Of a stretch of 27,470 bases of DNA, positions 26,096-27,470 are shown one piece after another. The stretch is taken from positions 1 through 27,470 of IMG/VR virus record IMGVR_UViG_3300008255_000396; one strand, 5' to 3'. Every line of letters begins with the position of its first letter. Positions within the stretch are counted from its first letter, which is position 1. The position numbers and the translations under genes are program-made. The notes below the pieces were generated by a model. It saw only the letters and a list, made by a program, of their open reading frames with translations. It searched no databases and was not told the DNA's origin. Source of the DNA: a virus (lineage: Duplodnaviria > Caudoviricetes).

Positions 26096-26797
26096 ATGGC
26101 TAAATTAATTTACCCAATATCACCTCTATATATAACTCAGGGATTTGGAGTAAATCCACAGAATTACTCGCAGTTTGGCCTAAAGGCACATAATGGAATT
26201 GATGTAAGAACTAAATATACTGATACACCCGATGGAGTAAGAAACATACTCTCTTCTTTTAAGTCTAGATTTTACAAGCAAGGTAACGAAGGTTCAGGTG
26301 GTTATGGGATATATTTTGAAGTTTTAGTGCAACTCAAAAGTTTGTGGAAATTAACATATGCACATTGTAAATCTATAAATAACTTTGTTGAGGTTAATGC
26401 AGATACAATGATGGCTTTGTCTGATAACACAGGTAACTCAACTGGGTCGCATCTACACCTTACAACAAAACGTTTAAATACCGATAGTTCAGTCAAAGAC
26501 TACAGTAATGGTTATTTCGGGGCAGTTGACCCACAGCAGTTTTTTGACGAATTAAAAGAATTTAAGGAAGGTGGTGACGATGAAATGATAACAGATCAAA
26601 CAAAAATACCACAGATTATTGACGACTCAGGTAATCCAATGGAAGTACAGGCTATCCGTTCACAACTTCTTGATTTAAGAAAAAATAATAAAGAATTAAA
26701 AGAAGAAAATGAAAAACTGAAGCAAAATCCAGGGCAAAATTTCACAAAACCAAAAGCAGTTTTATATAATAAACTAGCTCAAGAAGAAGAAAAGTAG
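26096..26797 (+). CDS. M23-family peptidase endolysin with C-terminal coiled-coil region
   Basis: ITQGFG, HNGID, GYG, YAH, NTGNSTGSHLH and AVDP motifs (HxxxD/HxH Zn ligands). Confidence 0.9.
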   Translation: MAKLIYPISPLYITQGFGVNPQNYSQFGLKAHNGIDVRTKYTDTPDGVRNILSSFKSRFYKQGNEGSGGYGIYFEVLVQLKSLWKLTYAHCKSINNFVEVNADTMMALSDNTGNSTGSHLHLTTKRLNTDSSVKDYSNGYFGAVDPQQFFDELKEFKEGGDDEMITDQTKIPQIIDDSGNPMEVQAIRSQLLDLRKNNKELKEENEKLKQNPGQNFTKPKAVLYNKLAQEEEK

Positions 26798-26826
26798 TAG
26801 TTCAATGAATTGAACTGAGGGGGTGA
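26798..26826 (+). promoter_or_regulatory. Hairpin plus strong SD before holin-like gene
   Basis: AGTTCAA-TGAA-TTGAACT (26799-26816) followed by GAGGGGGTGA. Confidence 0.55.
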
Positions 26827-26832
26827 AAAGCT

Positions 26833-27084
26833 ATGACTAAAAAAATTGATTATCCAGCAATTAAAAAAGCGTTATGGGAAGCATGGAGAACATTTCTCCC
26901 ATCTTTTTTAGGGGTTGTAACAATACAACTTTCTACTGGTGCGGGGTCACAAGATGTTTCGGCGTGGTTGAAGTCCATTCTTGTTGCAAGTGTATTAGCA
27001 GGATTAAAAGCAACAGCCAAATGGTATAGGGAAACTTACGGAAACAAGGACTATGACAGTCTTGTGTATAAGTTACCAGTTTAA
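26833..27084 (+). CDS. Putative holin (two TM segments)
   Basis: WEAWRTFLPSFLGVV..and..SILVASVLAGLKA. Small, follows the endolysin. Confidence 0.65.
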   Translation: MTKKIDYPAIKKALWEAWRTFLPSFLGVVTIQLSTGAGSQDVSAWLKSILVASVLAGLKATAKWYRETYGNKDYDSLVYKLPV

Positions 27085-27138
27085 AAAAAAGAAAACCCTC
27101 TCGTATCGCTTCCTGCAAAGATAGGTCAACCAGAGGGT
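27083..27138 (-). terminator. Minus-strand terminator-like structure with large structured loop
   Basis: Minus strand reads ACCCTCT-(30 nt)-AGAGGGT-TTTCTTTTTTTT. The loop is atypically long. Confidence 0.5.
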
Positions 27139-27233
27139 CTGCTCCATTGTAGTCGCACTTCAGATATAGAGTCAAATTTTATATGACATAAATATAACAA
27201 CATAAAACCAGATAAAAAAATGACAAGACATAC

Positions 27234-27266
27234 TTGACAGGTCTACAAAATATGGTAACTTAAAAT
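27234..27266 (+). promoter_or_regulatory. Sigma70 promoter; leaderless start of HTH gene
   Basis: TTGACA (27234-27239), 16 nt, extended TGgTAACTT (-10 at 27256-27261), then ATG at 27267. No SD. Confidence 0.65.
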
Positions 27267-27470
27267 ATGGGCGTGAACTTCAAGAAACCAATTGAGATAC
27301 GGGATTTGAGGAACGGAAGTTGGGTGTGGGTTCACACACACATTCTACGGGATAAAAGGTTAAGTAAGTCTGACAAACTTGTTTATTTAGCCATTGCCTC
27401 TTTTACAAATAACAGTCAAGAGGCATACCCAAGCGTAGAAAAGCTTGCGGAAATTGCTGTTAGTACTTCA
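27267..27470 (+). CDS. HTH (HTH_36-like) replication initiator-type protein, 3' truncated (not in ORF track)
   Basis: MGVNFKKPIEIRDLRNGSWVWVHTHILRDKRLSKSDKLVYLAIASFTNNSQEAYPSVEKLAEIA: ILRDxxLS..KLVY..AYPS...LA pattern of phage replication protein N-termini. Confidence 0.78.
   Translation, partial: MGVNFKKPIEIRDLRNGSWVWVHTHILRDKRLSKSDKLVYLAIASFTNNSQEAYPSVEKLAEIAVSTS

Noticed and set aside
203-27175. All minus-strand ORFs in the track (e.g. 1770-2069, 3641-3982, 17029-17415, 24889-25182, 26933-27175)
   Set aside because: They are antisense shadows of well-supported + strand genes, with no motifs or start signals. The Pro-rich one simply mirrors glycine codons.
1-27470. Stop-codon reassignment (TGA or TAG recoding)
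   Set aside because: Genes are full length under the standard code. TGA occurs in many ATGA/GTGA overlaps and TAG ends intact genes.

Overview
This window is a co-oriented (+ strand), AT-rich late region of a tailed dsDNA bacteriophage or prophage with a non-contractile (sipho-type) tail. In order it holds a glycan-modification cluster (two GT2/GT-A glycosyltransferases and a sulfotransferase), small and large terminase, a DUF935-type portal fused to a MuF-like minor head domain, and an unannotated Com-like zinc finger. Next comes an inserted fibre/appendage cassette (745-aa fibre, NUMOD4-HNH endonuclease, Zn-ribbon, chaperone-like protein, beta-repeat protein, BppU-like domain). It is followed by a Mu-like protease/scaffold with nested starts, capsid decoration and major capsid genes bracketed by structured RNA elements, neck genes, tail tube, a -1 frameshifted tail chaperone pair, tape measure, distal tail/hub and several tail-tip proteins. 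The window ends with a lysis module (three membrane proteins and an M23 endolysin) and the 5' end of an HTH replication-type gene. The standard genetic code fits. The most notable items are: a tandem paralog pair in which one copy carries a ~565-aa adhesin-like insertion; many genes with a sigma70 -10 box 5-7 nt before the ATG (apparently leaderless); nested translation starts, one isolating a C2H2-like finger; a glycosyltransferase+sulfotransferase set beside the packaging genes; and a candidate convergent sRNA after the holin. All family calls come from motif recognition by eye and gene order, not database searches.
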